Positions 10,686 through 21,064 of a stretch of 64,000 bases of DNA are shown here, piece after piece. Source of the stretch: Dehalococcoidia bacterium (lineage in GTDB: Bacteria > Chloroflexota > Dehalococcoidia > Plut-88900); NCBI GenBank assembly GCA_965197645.1, contig OZ240219.1:2496001-2560000 (forward strand). Reading direction: 5' to 3'. The position numbers were made by a program, and so were the translations under genes. Position 1 is the first letter of the stretch; each line of letters starts with the position of its first letter. Below the pieces are notes generated by a model that was not told where the DNA came from, did no database searches, and saw only the letters and a program-made list of their open reading frames with translations.

Positions 10686-11782
10686 AACCCTCCTTCGTGA
10701 CCTTCGTCGGCGGCTGGGGCGATACCCCCGTCGAGCGGATGATGTCCGATGCCCACAGGGCCATGGTCCGGGATACGCTAGAGCAGGCCGCAGCCACCGG
10801 TGCGTTCCAGCAGCTGGTCGTTGTCGCCGACCTCCCCGATCTCGCCGGGAGGGTTTCCGTCGAGCCTCCACTTTCCCCTTTCCACTTCGGTCGCGAGCTC
10901 CGGAGGATCACCCACAAGTACCGCATGGAGAAAGTGTTCTACGTCGGTGGTGGCGCCTTGCCTCTTCTATCAGCCGACCGCATGGCCGAGATTGCAGATC
11001 AGCTGGCCCAATCCGACGACACCGTCATCTCCAACAACCCCTACTCCGGCGATCTGATCGCCTTCACGCCGGCCGCTGCCCTCGATGACATCGAGCTCCC
11101 CGCCATCGATAATCCCCTCCCCCGGCTGTTGGAAGCGGAGGCAGGGCTGACCGGCAACAGCCTGCCCAAGGACGTTACCACCTTGCTGGACGTGGATACG
11201 CCCACCGATCTTGCTATTCTCAGCCTCTATCCATCCACAGGACCGAACCTACGAGAACACCTGGGCGCCGTTGATCTCGACACGCGGAGAATAGAGCAGA
11301 TAGCCAGGCTGATGACCGTCCGAGAGTCGGAGCTGCTGGTGGCCGGTCGCATCGGCAGCTACGCATGGTCCAAGCTGGAGCAGGAGACGGCCTGCCGTAC
11401 CCGGATCATATCCGAGGAGCGAGGCATGCGGACCGACGGCAGAGAGGCCCGGGGATCTGCAAGGTCGGTCCTGGGCCTCCACATCGAGCGGGTCGGCCCC
11501 GGCCGGTTCTTCGAGCATATGGCCCAGCTCGGAGAGGGGGTGATCCTGGACACCCGTGTCCTGTTCAGCCACCTCGGACTCAACCTGGAACCCTCGGACC
11601 GCTACCTATCGGACATGATGCAGCCGGACGGCATCGAAAACGAGTGGCTGCGTGAGTTCACCCAGGCCGCCATAGAAGCGCCCGTGCCGGTGGTGCTCGG
11701 CGGTCATTCCCTCGTCTCGGGAGGGCTCCTGGCCATGATAGACATCGCCTGGTCCGGCGGCGATTCATTTGACAAGGTCTAG
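10682..11782 (+). CDS. Conserved protein with a GT-A / CofC-like nucleotidyltransferase fold
   Basis: LDVDTPTDL resembles the CofC/MobA-type DVDTP.DL motif; start overlaps the comF stop. Confidence 0.55.
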   Translation: MKPSFVTFVGGWGDTPVERMMSDAHRAMVRDTLEQAAATGAFQQLVVVADLPDLAGRVSVEPPLSPFHFGRELRRITHKYRMEKVFYVGGGALPLLSADRMAEIADQLAQSDDTVISNNPYSGDLIAFTPAAALDDIELPAIDNPLPRLLEAEAGLTGNSLPKDVTTLLDVDTPTDLAILSLYPSTGPNLREHLGAVDLDTRRIEQIARLMTVRESELLVAGRIGSYAWSKLEQETACRTRIISEERGMRTDGREARGSARSVLGLHIERVGPGRFFEHMAQLGEGVILDTRVLFSHLGLNLEPSDRYLSDMMQPDGIENEWLREFTQAAIEAPVPVVLGGHSLVSGGLLAMIDIAWSGGDSFDKV

Positions 11783-11797
11783 GGCCTACTATAGACT
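11769..11797 (+). promoter_or_regulatory. Sigma70-type promoter of glyA
   Basis: TTGACA-17 bp-TAGACT. Confidence 0.6.
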
Positions 11798-11897
11798 AGG
11801 TTGCGCTTTGAAATGCCGCGTGAAAAGCATCGCAGCACAGGCGAAGAGGCACACTGAAAAATAGCGTGCCTCTTTATAGTTAAGGACCCTTGAGGAC

Positions 11898-13142
11898 ATG
11901 ACCGTTCTAGCCCAACAAGACCCGGATGTCGCCAGGTTCGTAGAGTCGGAAGCAGCCCGGCAGAAGCGAAAGATCGTCCTGATCGCATCGGAGAACTACG
12001 CCAGCCGGGCCGTGCTGGAAGCCGCCGGGTCCGTCCTCACCAACAAGTACGCCGAAGGGTACCCGGGTCGTCGGTACTACGGCGGCTGCGAGTACGTGGA
12101 TGAGGTCGAGACCCTGGCCATCGAGCGGGCCAAGCAGATCTTCGGGGCCGAGCACGCCAACGTCCAGCCCCACGCCGGCGCCCAGGCCAACATGGGAGTC
12201 TACTTCGCACTGCTGAAGCCCGGCGACACCGTTCTCGGCCTCCGGCTGGACCAGGGCGGTCACCTGACCCACGGCAGCCCCGTCAACTTCTCCGGCAGGT
12301 ACTACAACTTCGTGTCCTACGGCGTCGACAGGGAGACCGAGCACATCGACTACGAAGAGGTTGAGGCCCTCGCCAAGGAGCACCGGCCCAAGGTCATCGT
12401 CGCCGGCGCCACAGCCTATCCTCGCTTCATAGACTTCGCCCGGTTCCGGCAGATCGCCGACGAGGTCGACGCCGTACTAATGGTGGACATGGCCCACATC
12501 GCCGGCCTCATCGCCGCCGGAGTGCACCCTTCCTGCCTGCCCCATGCCCAGGTCGTAACCTCGACTACCCACAAGACCCTGAGAGGCCCCCGGGGTGCGT
12601 TCATCCTCAGCACCGAGGAGTTGGGGTCGTCGATAGACAAGGGCGTCTTCCCCAGGATGCAGGGCGGCCCGTTCATGCACCTGATTGCCGCCAAGGCCGT
12701 GGGATTCGGAGAGGCGATGCAGCCCGAGTTCGTTGAGTACCAGAAATCTGTGGTTGAAAACGCTAAAATCCTCTCCGACGAGCTCCAGGACCAGGGCTTG
12801 CGCATAGTCTCCGGCGGCACGGACAACCATCTGATGCTGGTGGACGTTTCCGTCCTGGGCATCACTGGCGCCGAGGCCGAAGAAGCCCTGGATTCCGTCA
12901 ACATCACCGCTAACAAGAACACCATCCCCTACGATACCAAACCCCCGAGAGTGACCAGCGGCCTGCGGTTGGGGACGCCGGCAGTCACCAGCCGGGGCTT
13001 CGGGCCGGAGGAAATGTCCAAAATCGCCCGGCTCATGTACCAGACCATCACCAACCTGAACGATAGTACGGTCTCCAGCCAGGTCAAGGAAGAGGTGGAG
13101 GCCATCACCAGCAAGTTTCCCGTCCCCGGCATCGACTATTAA
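11898..13142 (+). CDS. glyA: Serine hydroxymethyltransferase
   Basis: [39 protein letters not shown] and SGLRLGTPA motifs. Confidence 0.98.
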   Translation: MTVLAQQDPDVARFVESEAARQKRKIVLIASENYASRAVLEAAGSVLTNKYAEGYPGRRYYGGCEYVDEVETLAIERAKQIFGAEHANVQPHAGAQANMGVYFALLKPGDTVLGLRLDQGGHLTHGSPVNFSGRYYNFVSYGVDRETEHIDYEEVEALAKEHRPKVIVAGATAYPRFIDFARFRQIADEVDAVLMVDMAHIAGLIAAGVHPSCLPHAQVVTSTTHKTLRGPRGAFILSTEELGSSIDKGVFPRMQGGPFMHLIAAKAVGFGEAMQPEFVEYQKSVVENAKILSDELQDQGLRIVSGGTDNHLMLVDVSVLGITGAEAEEALDSVNITANKNTIPYDTKPPRVTSGLRLGTPAVTSRGFGPEEMSKIARLMYQTITNLNDSTVSSQVKEEVEAITSKFPVPGIDY

Positions 13143-13166
13143 GTTTCCATAATGATTGTCTGGCTA

Positions 13167-13175
13167 TGCTATAAT
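13167..13175 (+). promoter_or_regulatory. Extended -10 promoter of rpsF-ssb-rpsR
   Basis: TG-C-TATAAT about 40 nt upstream of the TTG start. Confidence 0.65.
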
Positions 13176-13215
13176 TCCAGCGAGAAACGGCGGTTACAAA
13201 GGTCGGAGATACCAG

Positions 13216-13914
13216 TTGAGAACCTATGAACTAGTCACTATTTTTACCCCTGAAACCCTCGACGATGCAGTACCGGACAGTACCGAGCGAGTCCACAAGC
13301 TGATCTCGAACAAGGGAGGCGCCATAGGCCGGATACAGCACTGGGGCAAACGCCGGCTCTCCTATCCCATCAACCACCACACCGAGGGCCACTACGTCCT
13401 CACCAACTTCGAGATGGAACCCACCGAGATGTCTACCCTCGATTCGGAGCTTCAGGTCTCCGAAGAGATTCTGAGACATATGATCGTTCGGGTCGATGAG
13501 GAGGTGCTGAAAGCAGAGATCGCAGCCGGCCAAGCGGCCGCTGCAAGGCAGGCGGAGCAAGCCGCAGCTCGGGCCGCGGCCCAGGCTGAAAGTGAGAAGG
13601 CTCGCGAAGCCGAAGCAACCGTAGCGGCCGAGTCGGCAACGGCTACCGCCGAGGATGCGACGCCAACGGCCACCGCAGAGGACACCCAGGCCGAGGCTAC
13701 CGCCGAAGAAGCTCCCGCAGCGACGGAAGAGGAGCCCGCAACGGCGGAGGCCAAAGTGGAGACCGTAGCTGCTGATGCCGCCCCAGTCGAGACCGACGAT
13801 GGCAAAGGCGGCCCACCCACTGAGAGTGAGACCCCGACTGCCAGCGACGAACCGGAAACCGAAGAGCCGGCCAAAGAGGATGGCGACGAAAGCGAGTCGA
13901 AAGGAGCGTCTTAG
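13216..13914 (+). CDS. rpsF: 30S ribosomal protein S6 with a long acidic C-terminal extension
   Basis: RTYE...WGKRRLSYPI...GHY...ILRHMIV; TTG start after GGAG; canonical rpsF-ssb-rpsR order. Confidence 0.95.
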   Translation: MRTYELVTIFTPETLDDAVPDSTERVHKLISNKGGAIGRIQHWGKRRLSYPINHHTEGHYVLTNFEMEPTEMSTLDSELQVSEEILRHMIVRVDEEVLKAEIAAGQAAAARQAEQAAARAAAQAESEKAREAEATVAAESATATAEDATPTATAEDTQAEATAEEAPAATEEEPATAEAKVETVAADAAPVETDDGKGGPPTESETPTASDEPETEEPAKEDGDESESKGAS

Positions 13915-13916
13915 CC

Positions 13917-14330
13917 ATGGTGGGGCTGAACAAGATGCTGGTAATCGGCAACGTGGGAACGGATCCCGAGATGCGGTACACTCCCAATGGCAACCCGGTG
14001 ACCTCCTTCCGGCTGGCTACCAGCAGATCCTATACCGATAGGGAAGGCGAGAAGAAGCAGGACACGGAGTGGTTCACCATCGTAGCCTGGAACCAGCTGG
14101 GTGAGCAGTGCAACCAGTATCTTACCAAGGGCCGCCGGGCCTACGTCGAGGGGAGACTCAAGAGTAATTCCTGGGAAGGACCCGACGGGCGGACCCGGTT
14201 CACAAACGAGATAATCGCCCAAAGAGTCCTTTTCCTCGATAGACAGCCTACCGCCCAGCTGGGCGAAGAGTACTCGCCGGCGCCCACCGCTGACGACCCG
14301 GTGATGCAGCCCGATGACCTACCATTCTAA
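13917..14330 (+). CDS. ssb: Single-stranded DNA-binding protein
   Basis: LNK..IGN...DPEMRYT, TEWF, YVEGRL and C-terminal DDLPF. Confidence 0.97.
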   Translation: MVGLNKMLVIGNVGTDPEMRYTPNGNPVTSFRLATSRSYTDREGEKKQDTEWFTIVAWNQLGEQCNQYLTKGRRAYVEGRLKSNSWEGPDGRTRFTNEIIAQRVLFLDRQPTAQLGEEYSPAPTADDPVMQPDDLPF

Positions 14331-14360
14331 GAATCTACATCGTCAGGAGAGAACAGTAAG

Positions 14361-14660
14361 TTGACTACAAGGCCAAGAGGCCCCAGAGAGCGAAGACCGG
14401 GACGGCCCCGATTCTTTCATCGCCGCAGGGTATGCTCCTTCTGCGTTGATAAGCGAGACCACATAGACTATAAGGACCCCGTAGCGTTGCGCCGCTACGT
14501 TTCCGACCGGGGCAAGATAGAGCCCAAGCGGAAGACGGGGACCTGTGCCAAGCACCAACGGGTCCTCACTACGGCCCTCAAGCGCGCCCGGCACATAGCC
14601 CTCCTTCCCATGGCCCCCACCCATCTGTCAGAGACAGGCCAGATCAACGTAATCCAGTAA
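14361..14660 (+). CDS. rpsR: 30S ribosomal protein S18
   Basis: CSFC...IDYKD...GKI...TGTCAKHQR...KRAR..ALLP. Confidence 0.96.
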   Translation: MTTRPRGPRERRPGRPRFFHRRRVCSFCVDKRDHIDYKDPVALRRYVSDRGKIEPKRKTGTCAKHQRVLTTALKRARHIALLPMAPTHLSETGQINVIQ

Positions 14661-14773
14661 CATCATTCCACCGCTGATAACATCGGTATCCGACACCAAC
14701 CTTCAGGCCTCGCCCCAACACCGGCCAGCGTGTCCGGCCGTTCCCGATGTAATCTTCCCCTGCTTCCAAAGAT

Positions 14774-16075
14774 ATGATGAAGGCTGCTGAAGAGATACGC
14801 ATAGGAATGCTGGGACTCGGGGTGGTGGGTGGCGGCGTAGCCCGGGTCCTGACCGAAAAATCGGGCGACCTGTGCCTCCAGGCCGGCGCCTCCCTCGTGC
14901 TTCATAACGTCCTGGTACGTGATCCAGGAAAGTCTCGCTCCTTTGGCGTCCCCCAAACGCTGCTGACCACCTCTCCCCAAGACGTCCTCTGCGACCCGGA
15001 TGTGGATATCATCGTAGAGGTGATGGGTGGCGAGTCTCCCGCCTGTGACTTCATTCAAGAGGCCCTGGCCGGCGGCAAGCACGTTGTAACCGCCAACAAG
15101 GAGGTAATCGGTAAGCATGGCCCCGAGCTGGCCAAGCTGGCCAGACGGAAGCAGGCGGCCCTCCTCTACGAAGCCAGTGCCGGCGGGGGCATACCCCTAA
15201 TCGGCACCCTGACCGATGACCTCTCCGCCGACAACATCACTTCCGTCCGGGCGATTATCAACGGCACCACCAACTACATCCTGACGCGGATGGCCCAGGA
15301 GGAGATGGATTTCGCCGATGCCCTGAACGAGGCCCGGAACCTGGGCTATGCCGAGCCCGACCCGACCGATGACATCGAGGGGATAGACGCGGGCCACAAG
15401 CTGGCCATCATGGCCTCCCTGGCCTTTCACACCGATGTACGCTCCGGAGACGTCTACCGGGAGGGGATCTCCAACCTGGCGGCCCGGGACTTTCAGTACG
15501 CCAAGGAACTGGGTTACACCATCAAGCTGCTGGCCATCGGCAAAGACCGCAACGGATCGGTGGAGGTACGGGTGCACCCGACCTTCCTGCCCGAAGAGCT
15601 GCTCCTGGCCAAGGTGGACGGCGTCTTCAACGCCGTTCAGATAGACGCCGACGTGGTAGGCTCCCTGCTCCTCTACGGCAGAGGCGCCGGTCCCCTGCCG
15701 ACGGCCAGCGCCATCATCTCGGACGTGGTCAAGATCGCTCGCAACGGCGCTTCGGGAGTGGCTCACCGCTTCGAATCGCCCCGCGGCGCCGGCAAGACGA
15801 TCCAGCCCATAGACGACATCGAGACCCAGTACTATATGCGTATGACTGTAGAGGACACCTTCGGGGTACTGGCCCAGATCACCCGTACCCTGGGCGACAA
15901 TCGTATAAGCCTGGCCTCAGTAATCCAGAAGGAGGCCAACGAGTCCAACCAGACCGCCGAGATCGTGCTCATGACCCATCCCGCCCTGGAGCGGTCCGTC
16001 AAGACCGCCATCACAGAGATGGAGAGCCTGCCGGTGGTGAAGGAGATAGGAAACCTGGTACGGGTGGAGGCCTAA
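14774..16075 (+). CDS. hom: Homoserine dehydrogenase with C-terminal ACT domain
   Basis: GLGVVGGG, VVTANK, EASAGGGIP, NGTTNYIL and GRGAG..PTASA motifs. Confidence 0.95.
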   Translation: MMKAAEEIRIGMLGLGVVGGGVARVLTEKSGDLCLQAGASLVLHNVLVRDPGKSRSFGVPQTLLTTSPQDVLCDPDVDIIVEVMGGESPACDFIQEALAGGKHVVTANKEVIGKHGPELAKLARRKQAALLYEASAGGGIPLIGTLTDDLSADNITSVRAIINGTTNYILTRMAQEEMDFADALNEARNLGYAEPDPTDDIEGIDAGHKLAIMASLAFHTDVRSGDVYREGISNLAARDFQYAKELGYTIKLLAIGKDRNGSVEVRVHPTFLPEELLLAKVDGVFNAVQIDADVVGSLLLYGRGAGPLPTASAIISDVVKIARNGASGVAHRFESPRGAGKTIQPIDDIETQYYMRMTVEDTFGVLAQITRTLGDNRISLASVIQKEANESNQTAEIVLMTHPALERSVKTAITEMESLPVVKEIGNLVRVEA

Positions 16076-16096
16076 ACACCCGGTTATCGATGTGAG

Positions 16097-17155
16097 ATGA
16101 GCAAGGGACTCCTGGACCGCTACGCCGACCACCTCCCCCTCACCAACTCCACCCCTATCCTCACGATGGGGGAGGGCGATACCCCCCTGGTCCGCTCCCA
16201 GCAGCTGGGCCAAGAGCTGGGCGTGGGAGAGCTCTACTTCAAGCTGGAGGGCTGCAACCCCACCGGCTCCTTCAAAGACCGGGGCATGGTGCTGGCCGTC
16301 GCCAAGGCGGTTGAATCGGGCAGCGAGGCGGTTATGTGCGCCTCCACCGGCAACACCAGCGCCTCGGCCTCGGCGTACGGGGCCCGGTTCGGCCTGACCA
16401 CCTATGTCCTGGTGCCCAAGGGCAAGATCGCCAGGGGCAAGCTCGCCCAGGCCATCGCCCACAACGCCCAGGTCATCCAGATAGATGGAGGATTCGATCA
16501 GACCCTTCAGCTGGTGAAACAGCTCACCGAGACCCATCCCATCTCCCTGGTGAACTCCATCAACCCCTTTCGGCTGGAAGGCCAGAAAACCGCCGCATTC
16601 GAGATAATCGAGGAGCTGGGGAGAGCACCGGACTATCTGTGTATACCCGTGGGCAACGCCGGCAACATCACCGCTTATTGGATGGGATTTAAGGAGTATG
16701 CCGATAAGGGCCTGGCGGATGCTCGGCCCAGGATGCTGGGGTTCCAGGCAGAAGGCGCGGCGCCCATCGTCTACGGTAGACCGGTGCCCTACCCGGAGAC
16801 CGTGGCCTCGGCCATCCGCATAGGCAACCCGGCCAGTTGGAAGGGCGCTTTGACCGCCAGAAACGAGTCGGGCGGCCTGATAGATAAGGTGAGCGACGAC
16901 GAGATAATGGACGCCTACGGCATGTTGGCCAGCCGTGAGGGCATCTTCGGCGAACCCGCCTCGGCCGCTTCCCTGGCCGGTCTGAAAAAGCTGGCCGATC
17001 AGGGGAAGGACTTTCGGGATAGTACCGTCGTCTGTGTCATCACGGGCACCGGCCTCAAGGACCCCGACGCCGTGTCCTCGGTGAAAACGCCCATGTCCGA
17101 GTCGTCCCCCGACATCGCCGACGTCGAGAGGGTAATCAAAGTTGGAGTCCTCTAG
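16097..17155 (+). CDS. thrC: Threonine synthase
   Basis: EG.NPTGSFKDRG, CASTGNTSAS, PVGNAGNI and TG.GLKD motifs. Confidence 0.95.
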   Translation: MSKGLLDRYADHLPLTNSTPILTMGEGDTPLVRSQQLGQELGVGELYFKLEGCNPTGSFKDRGMVLAVAKAVESGSEAVMCASTGNTSASASAYGARFGLTTYVLVPKGKIARGKLAQAIAHNAQVIQIDGGFDQTLQLVKQLTETHPISLVNSINPFRLEGQKTAAFEIIEELGRAPDYLCIPVGNAGNITAYWMGFKEYADKGLADARPRMLGFQAEGAAPIVYGRPVPYPETVASAIRIGNPASWKGALTARNESGGLIDKVSDDEIMDAYGMLASREGIFGEPASAASLAGLKKLADQGKDFRDSTVVCVITGTGLKDPDAVSSVKTPMSESSPDIADVERVIKVGVL

Positions 17156-17176
17156 ACATAACTCACGGAGAGCACC

Positions 17177-17737
17177 CTGATAGACCAAGCCGCCATAGAG
17201 AAGGCCGTTGCCGACATCATAGTAGCTATCGGGGAGGACCCTGATCGAGAGGGACTTCGCGACACCCCGAAGCGGGTCGCCCGGGCCTACGCCGAGATCT
17301 TCTCCGGTCTGGGCAAAGACCCTGTCGAGGAGTTGAGGGTCGGCTTCGAAGAGGGTCATCGGGAGATGGTCATCATCAAAGACCTGCCCTTCTACTCGAT
17401 GTGCGAGCACCACCTGCTGCCCTTCATGGGCACCACCCAGCTGGGCTACATACCGGATGGCAAGGTCATAGGCGTGAGCAAGCTTGCCCGGCTCGTCGAA
17501 GTCCTCTCCCGGCGCCCCCAGCTTCAGGAGCGGCTCACCACCGAGATCGCCGACACCATCACCCGGGCCGTCAACGCCGATGGTGTGGCCGTCCTCACCT
17601 CGGCGGAGCACCTGTGCATGACCATGCGAGGCATAAAGAAGCCGGGCAGCAAGGTGGTAACCTCGGCTATGAGAGGCTATTTCAGAAAGAGCGCCAAGAC
17701 CCGCTCCGAGTTTCTCGCCCTCGTGGGACAGAGCTAG
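17177..17737 (+). CDS. folE: GTP cyclohydrolase I; probable CTG start
   Basis: [34 protein letters not shown] and HLCMTMRG motifs; SD GGAGAG before CTG at 17177. Confidence 0.93.
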   Translation: MIDQAAIEKAVADIIVAIGEDPDREGLRDTPKRVARAYAEIFSGLGKDPVEELRVGFEEGHREMVIIKDLPFYSMCEHHLLPFMGTTQLGYIPDGKVIGVSKLARLVEVLSRRPQLQERLTTEIADTITRAVNADGVAVLTSAEHLCMTMRGIKKPGSKVVTSAMRGYFRKSAKTRSEFLALVGQS

Positions 17738-17757
17738 CTCAGCCATATAGCAGACTT

Positions 17758-18738
17758 ATGACCAGCCTATCCACCAGCCAGGAAACCTTCGACTCCCTTG
17801 AGGAAAGGTGGCTGGACGTCCTGGACCACTCCATCAACAACAACGTCTTCTATACGCCCACCTGGCAGCGAATGTGGTGGCAGGAGTTCGGGGCCGATAG
17901 CCAGCTCCACCTGTTCGGGTTCAGCCGAAACGGTGTCCTGGAGGGCGTTGCCCCGCTGATGATCTCCGATGGACAGCTCACCTTCGTGGGCAGCAATGAC
18001 GTTTGCGACTACATGGACGTTGTGGTCAGAGAGGGGTCCGAGGATGAGGTCTACCCCCGTTTCGTCGACCTTATGATGGAGCTGGACTGGCGGACCCTAT
18101 TCCTCTCAGGCATAACCGAGCGATCGGCCACCTACGAACGGCTTCCCGACCTGCTGAAACAGCAGGGCCTCACGGTGGAGGTCAGGGCGGAAGAGGTGTG
18201 CCCCAAGATCAATCTCCCCGGCACCTGGGACGAGTACCTTGCCAGCCTCCGAAAGAAAGACCGGCACGAGCTGAGACGAAAAATGAGAAGGCTTGAAAAT
18301 GCCGGTGACGCCAGCTATCATACTGTCCACAATTCTGACGCGTTCCACGACGACTTGGAGGAGTTCCTTTCTCTCCTGATAAACAGCCGGGCCGATAAAG
18401 CCCAGTTCATGACCGCAGAGCGGCAAGGGTTCTTCTACTCGGCCCTCAGTAACATGGCCGAGAAGGGCTATGTGAAGCTGATATTCCTAGAGCTGGACGG
18501 CATCCGAGTCTCCTCCGCGGTCTGCTTTGACTACAATAACTCCTTCTTCTTGTACAACAGCGGCTACAACCCGGACTACTCGTCGCTGAGTGTCGGGTTG
18601 ATTCTCAAGGCCTACTGCCTCAAAGAGGCGATAGAGGAAGGAAAAGACCAGTTCGATTTTCTGAGGGGAGCGGAACCTTACAAGTACCATCTGGGCGCCC
18701 AGGACGAGCCGATATACCGGATCTCAGCGACGAGATAG
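17758..18738 (+). CDS. GNAT acetyltransferase (CelD/BcsL-like)
   Basis: DY.D, LP.TWDEYL..L..K.R, YNSGY.P and FDFLRG.EPYK motifs. Confidence 0.8.
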   Translation: MTSLSTSQETFDSLEERWLDVLDHSINNNVFYTPTWQRMWWQEFGADSQLHLFGFSRNGVLEGVAPLMISDGQLTFVGSNDVCDYMDVVVREGSEDEVYPRFVDLMMELDWRTLFLSGITERSATYERLPDLLKQQGLTVEVRAEEVCPKINLPGTWDEYLASLRKKDRHELRRKMRRLENAGDASYHTVHNSDAFHDDLEEFLSLLINSRADKAQFMTAERQGFFYSALSNMAEKGYVKLIFLELDGIRVSSAVCFDYNNSFFLYNSGYNPDYSSLSVGLILKAYCLKEAIEEGKDQFDFLRGAEPYKYHLGAQDEPIYRISATR

Positions 18739-18779
18739 GGACTGACGACTCTCCCAGTACCCGCAACGAGCTGCCACCC

Positions 18780-20003
18780 ATGGATTGTGACACCTTAAAG
18801 ATAGCTGTGATCAGCGTTCACGGTTGCCCCTTGGCCCGGCTGGGAGAGCGGGATACCGGCGGCATGAACGTCTACCTTCTTCAGCTCGCCAAGGAGCTGG
18901 GAGCGAGGGGAGTTCTCGTCGATGTCTTTACCCGCTATCACGACCCGGCCGACCCCCAGGTGGTAGACCTGGGCCCCAATGCACGGGTGGTCCACATCAA
19001 GGCGGGAGATTGGGACGAGACCAAGAGCAACATCTACCGCCTCCTGCCCGAGTTTGTCGACAATCTAATCGCCTTTCAGAGCGCCAACAACCTGAGCTAT
19101 GATCTATTCCACAGCCACTACTGGCTCTCCGGAACGGCGGTATCGCTGCTGAACCAGTACTTCAACCTGCCTCACATCGCCAGCTTCCATACCCTGGGCG
19201 AGGCCAAGATTAGAGCGCTCTCCAGCGAGTCGGAGAGCGACATCCGGATACAGTCTGAGCGGTCCATCCTCGATACTGCGGACCGTATCATCGCGGTCAG
19301 CACCCAGGACCGCAGCCACATGATCGACTACTACGAGGCGCCTTCAGAAAAGATACGGGTCATTCCCTGCGGCGTGGATATGGAGGTCTTCAGGCCCCGC
19401 GACAAAGCCCAGGCACGAAGAGAGTTGGGTATCTCGGACTCCAAAGTCCTACTCTACGTCGGGAGGGTACAGGCCCTCAAGGGCCCCGATCTCTTGTTGA
19501 AGGCCATCGGTTGCCTGGACGATGACGAAAAACAGGGCCTCAGGCTGCTGGTAGTCGGCGGAGACAAGGACGGGGACGAAGACATCATCCGCCTCAGGGA
19601 ACTCGCTCGCGAGCTGGGCATCGCCGATATGGTCAGCTTCCTGGGCATCGTGGGCCAGAGCCAGGTATCGAGGTACTACAACGCCGCCGACGTGGTCATA
19701 GTGCCCTCTCACTACGAAAGCTTCGGCCTGGTAGCCGCCGAGGCGTTGGCGTGCGGCACCCCTGTTGTCGCCTCAAGGGTCGGAGGGTTGACCGAGACCG
19801 TCAAGGACGGGGTGAACGGCTACCTGGTCTCGTGGCGCTGCCCGGAGTCCTTCGCCGAGCGGATAGAGCTTCTCCTGAACAACGAGTATCTGAGAAATGC
19901 CCTGGGCGCTCAGGCCCGGAAGTCGGTGGCCAGGCTCAACTGGCCCGTGGTGGCGGACCAGGTCCAAGAGCTGTACCGCACCGTCGCTGAGAGCCGTAAC
20001 TAG
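18780..20003 (+). CDS. mshA: GT4 glycosyltransferase, MshA-like (D-inositol-3-phosphate glycosyltransferase)
   Basis: HGCPL..LG..DTGGMNVY, HSHYWLSG, FHTLG, KGPDLL and ESFGLVAAEALACGTPV match the MshA pattern. Confidence 0.75.
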   Translation: MDCDTLKIAVISVHGCPLARLGERDTGGMNVYLLQLAKELGARGVLVDVFTRYHDPADPQVVDLGPNARVVHIKAGDWDETKSNIYRLLPEFVDNLIAFQSANNLSYDLFHSHYWLSGTAVSLLNQYFNLPHIASFHTLGEAKIRALSSESESDIRIQSERSILDTADRIIAVSTQDRSHMIDYYEAPSEKIRVIPCGVDMEVFRPRDKAQARRELGISDSKVLLYVGRVQALKGPDLLLKAIGCLDDDEKQGLRLLVVGGDKDGDEDIIRLRELARELGIADMVSFLGIVGQSQVSRYYNAADVVIVPSHYESFGLVAAEALACGTPVVASRVGGLTETVKDGVNGYLVSWRCPESFAERIELLLNNEYLRNALGAQARKSVARLNWPVVADQVQELYRTVAESRN

Positions 20004-20010
20004 GCGGGCT

Positions 20011-20919
20011 TCACAGCCTGCGTTCGTACCAGAGGGTAACCGCCCTTCTCTTGAACCCCCCGCCAGTGTAGATCTTGTGGGCGCTGGGGTTCCCACTGTC
20101 CACCGTCAGGTGTACCTCGTCCGCCCCCGCGCCTCTCAGGTAATCTACGCCTGCCCTCATCACCGCCACCCCTAGACCGAGGCCTCGATACTCAGGATGG
20201 CTGCCCATCATCCCTATGAACCCCGTCTTCGTTCCCCCCACCTCTTCGATGCGGGTCCAGTTGAACCCTATGGGCTTCTCTCCCTCGACGATGAACAGGA
20301 TTCCTTCGGGGCGGTAGATGCTCATGTGCGCCCGGTACCGGACGTCTTCGATGGTGTTTGGGCAGAATCCCCAGTGGCGGCTGAAGGATAGGTTCAGGAT
20401 ACTCATCAGGTTTTCCTCGTCCCCCTCGGCCCACGAGCGCAAACGGAACCCCGAAGGTATCATCGGCGGCGGCACCTGGGATGGATCGCTCTGGCCCATC
20501 TCCCAGTACTTGCGAACCTGCTTGAACCCCATCTCCTTTGCCAGGCGACGGGTACGCAGCGCTCCGTACGGCGTGGGGATGTGAGCGATCTTTATCCCCG
20601 TCTTCTCCGCCAGCTCCACCGATCTTCCCACCAACCCGGCTCCGGCGCCCCGACCCAGATATTCCGGGTCCACGCCGCCCTCCATCACTATCCTCTTCAA
20701 CGGGTACTCCAGCGAGTTCTGCAGATAACCTATGGGCCTGTCGCCTTCATAGGCTAGGAAAAGGTCCTCTTCGGGATTGAGGTTCGGCTGACCAAGCCGC
20801 TCCCTTATACGATCGCTGTTGATCGCCGTCCACCAGGTGTCTGGGCCGTGCACCCGTACCGACAGGTCGAAGAAGGCCTCCAGGTCGCTCCAGCGGAAGT
20901 TCTTGACGTGGATAGCTAT
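20011..20919 (-). CDS. Tandem-GNAT acetyltransferase, MshD (mycothiol synthase)-like; probable ATA start
   Basis: Two GNAT halves (V.P.Y.GRG.G; H.EYRGLGLG), GFNWTRI, LTVD..N..A...Y...GF; SD GGGAGA before ATA 20919; TG-C-TACAAT promoter at about 20984-20992. Confidence 0.65.
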   Translation of the reverse strand: MAIHVKNFRWSDLEAFFDLSVRVHGPDTWWTAINSDRIRERLGQPNLNPEEDLFLAYEGDRPIGYLQNSLEYPLKRIVMEGGVDPEYLGRGAGAGLVGRSVELAEKTGIKIAHIPTPYGALRTRRLAKEMGFKQVRKYWEMGQSDPSQVPPPMIPSGFRLRSWAEGDEENLMSILNLSFSRHWGFCPNTIEDVRYRAHMSIYRPEGILFIVEGEKPIGFNWTRIEEVGGTKTGFIGMMGSHPEYRGLGLGVAVMRAGVDYLRGAGADEVHLTVDSGNPSAHKIYTGGGFKRRAVTLWYERRL

Positions 20920-21064
20920 GGAGTTCTCCCGGAAAGTGAAGGTTGAGTGTCGAGATTGTTTAGGGTTGACACTTCGGCCACGATTGTAGCAAAGTAATTC
21001 GTCGCCAGCAATTGAACACACCCCAGGATACCCCCCCGATCCTAGACTCACCAGGAGACCATTG

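Noticed and set aside
17401-17757. N-terminal extension of the GNAT gene
   Set aside because: It overlaps folE out of frame; ATG 17758 is the plausible start.
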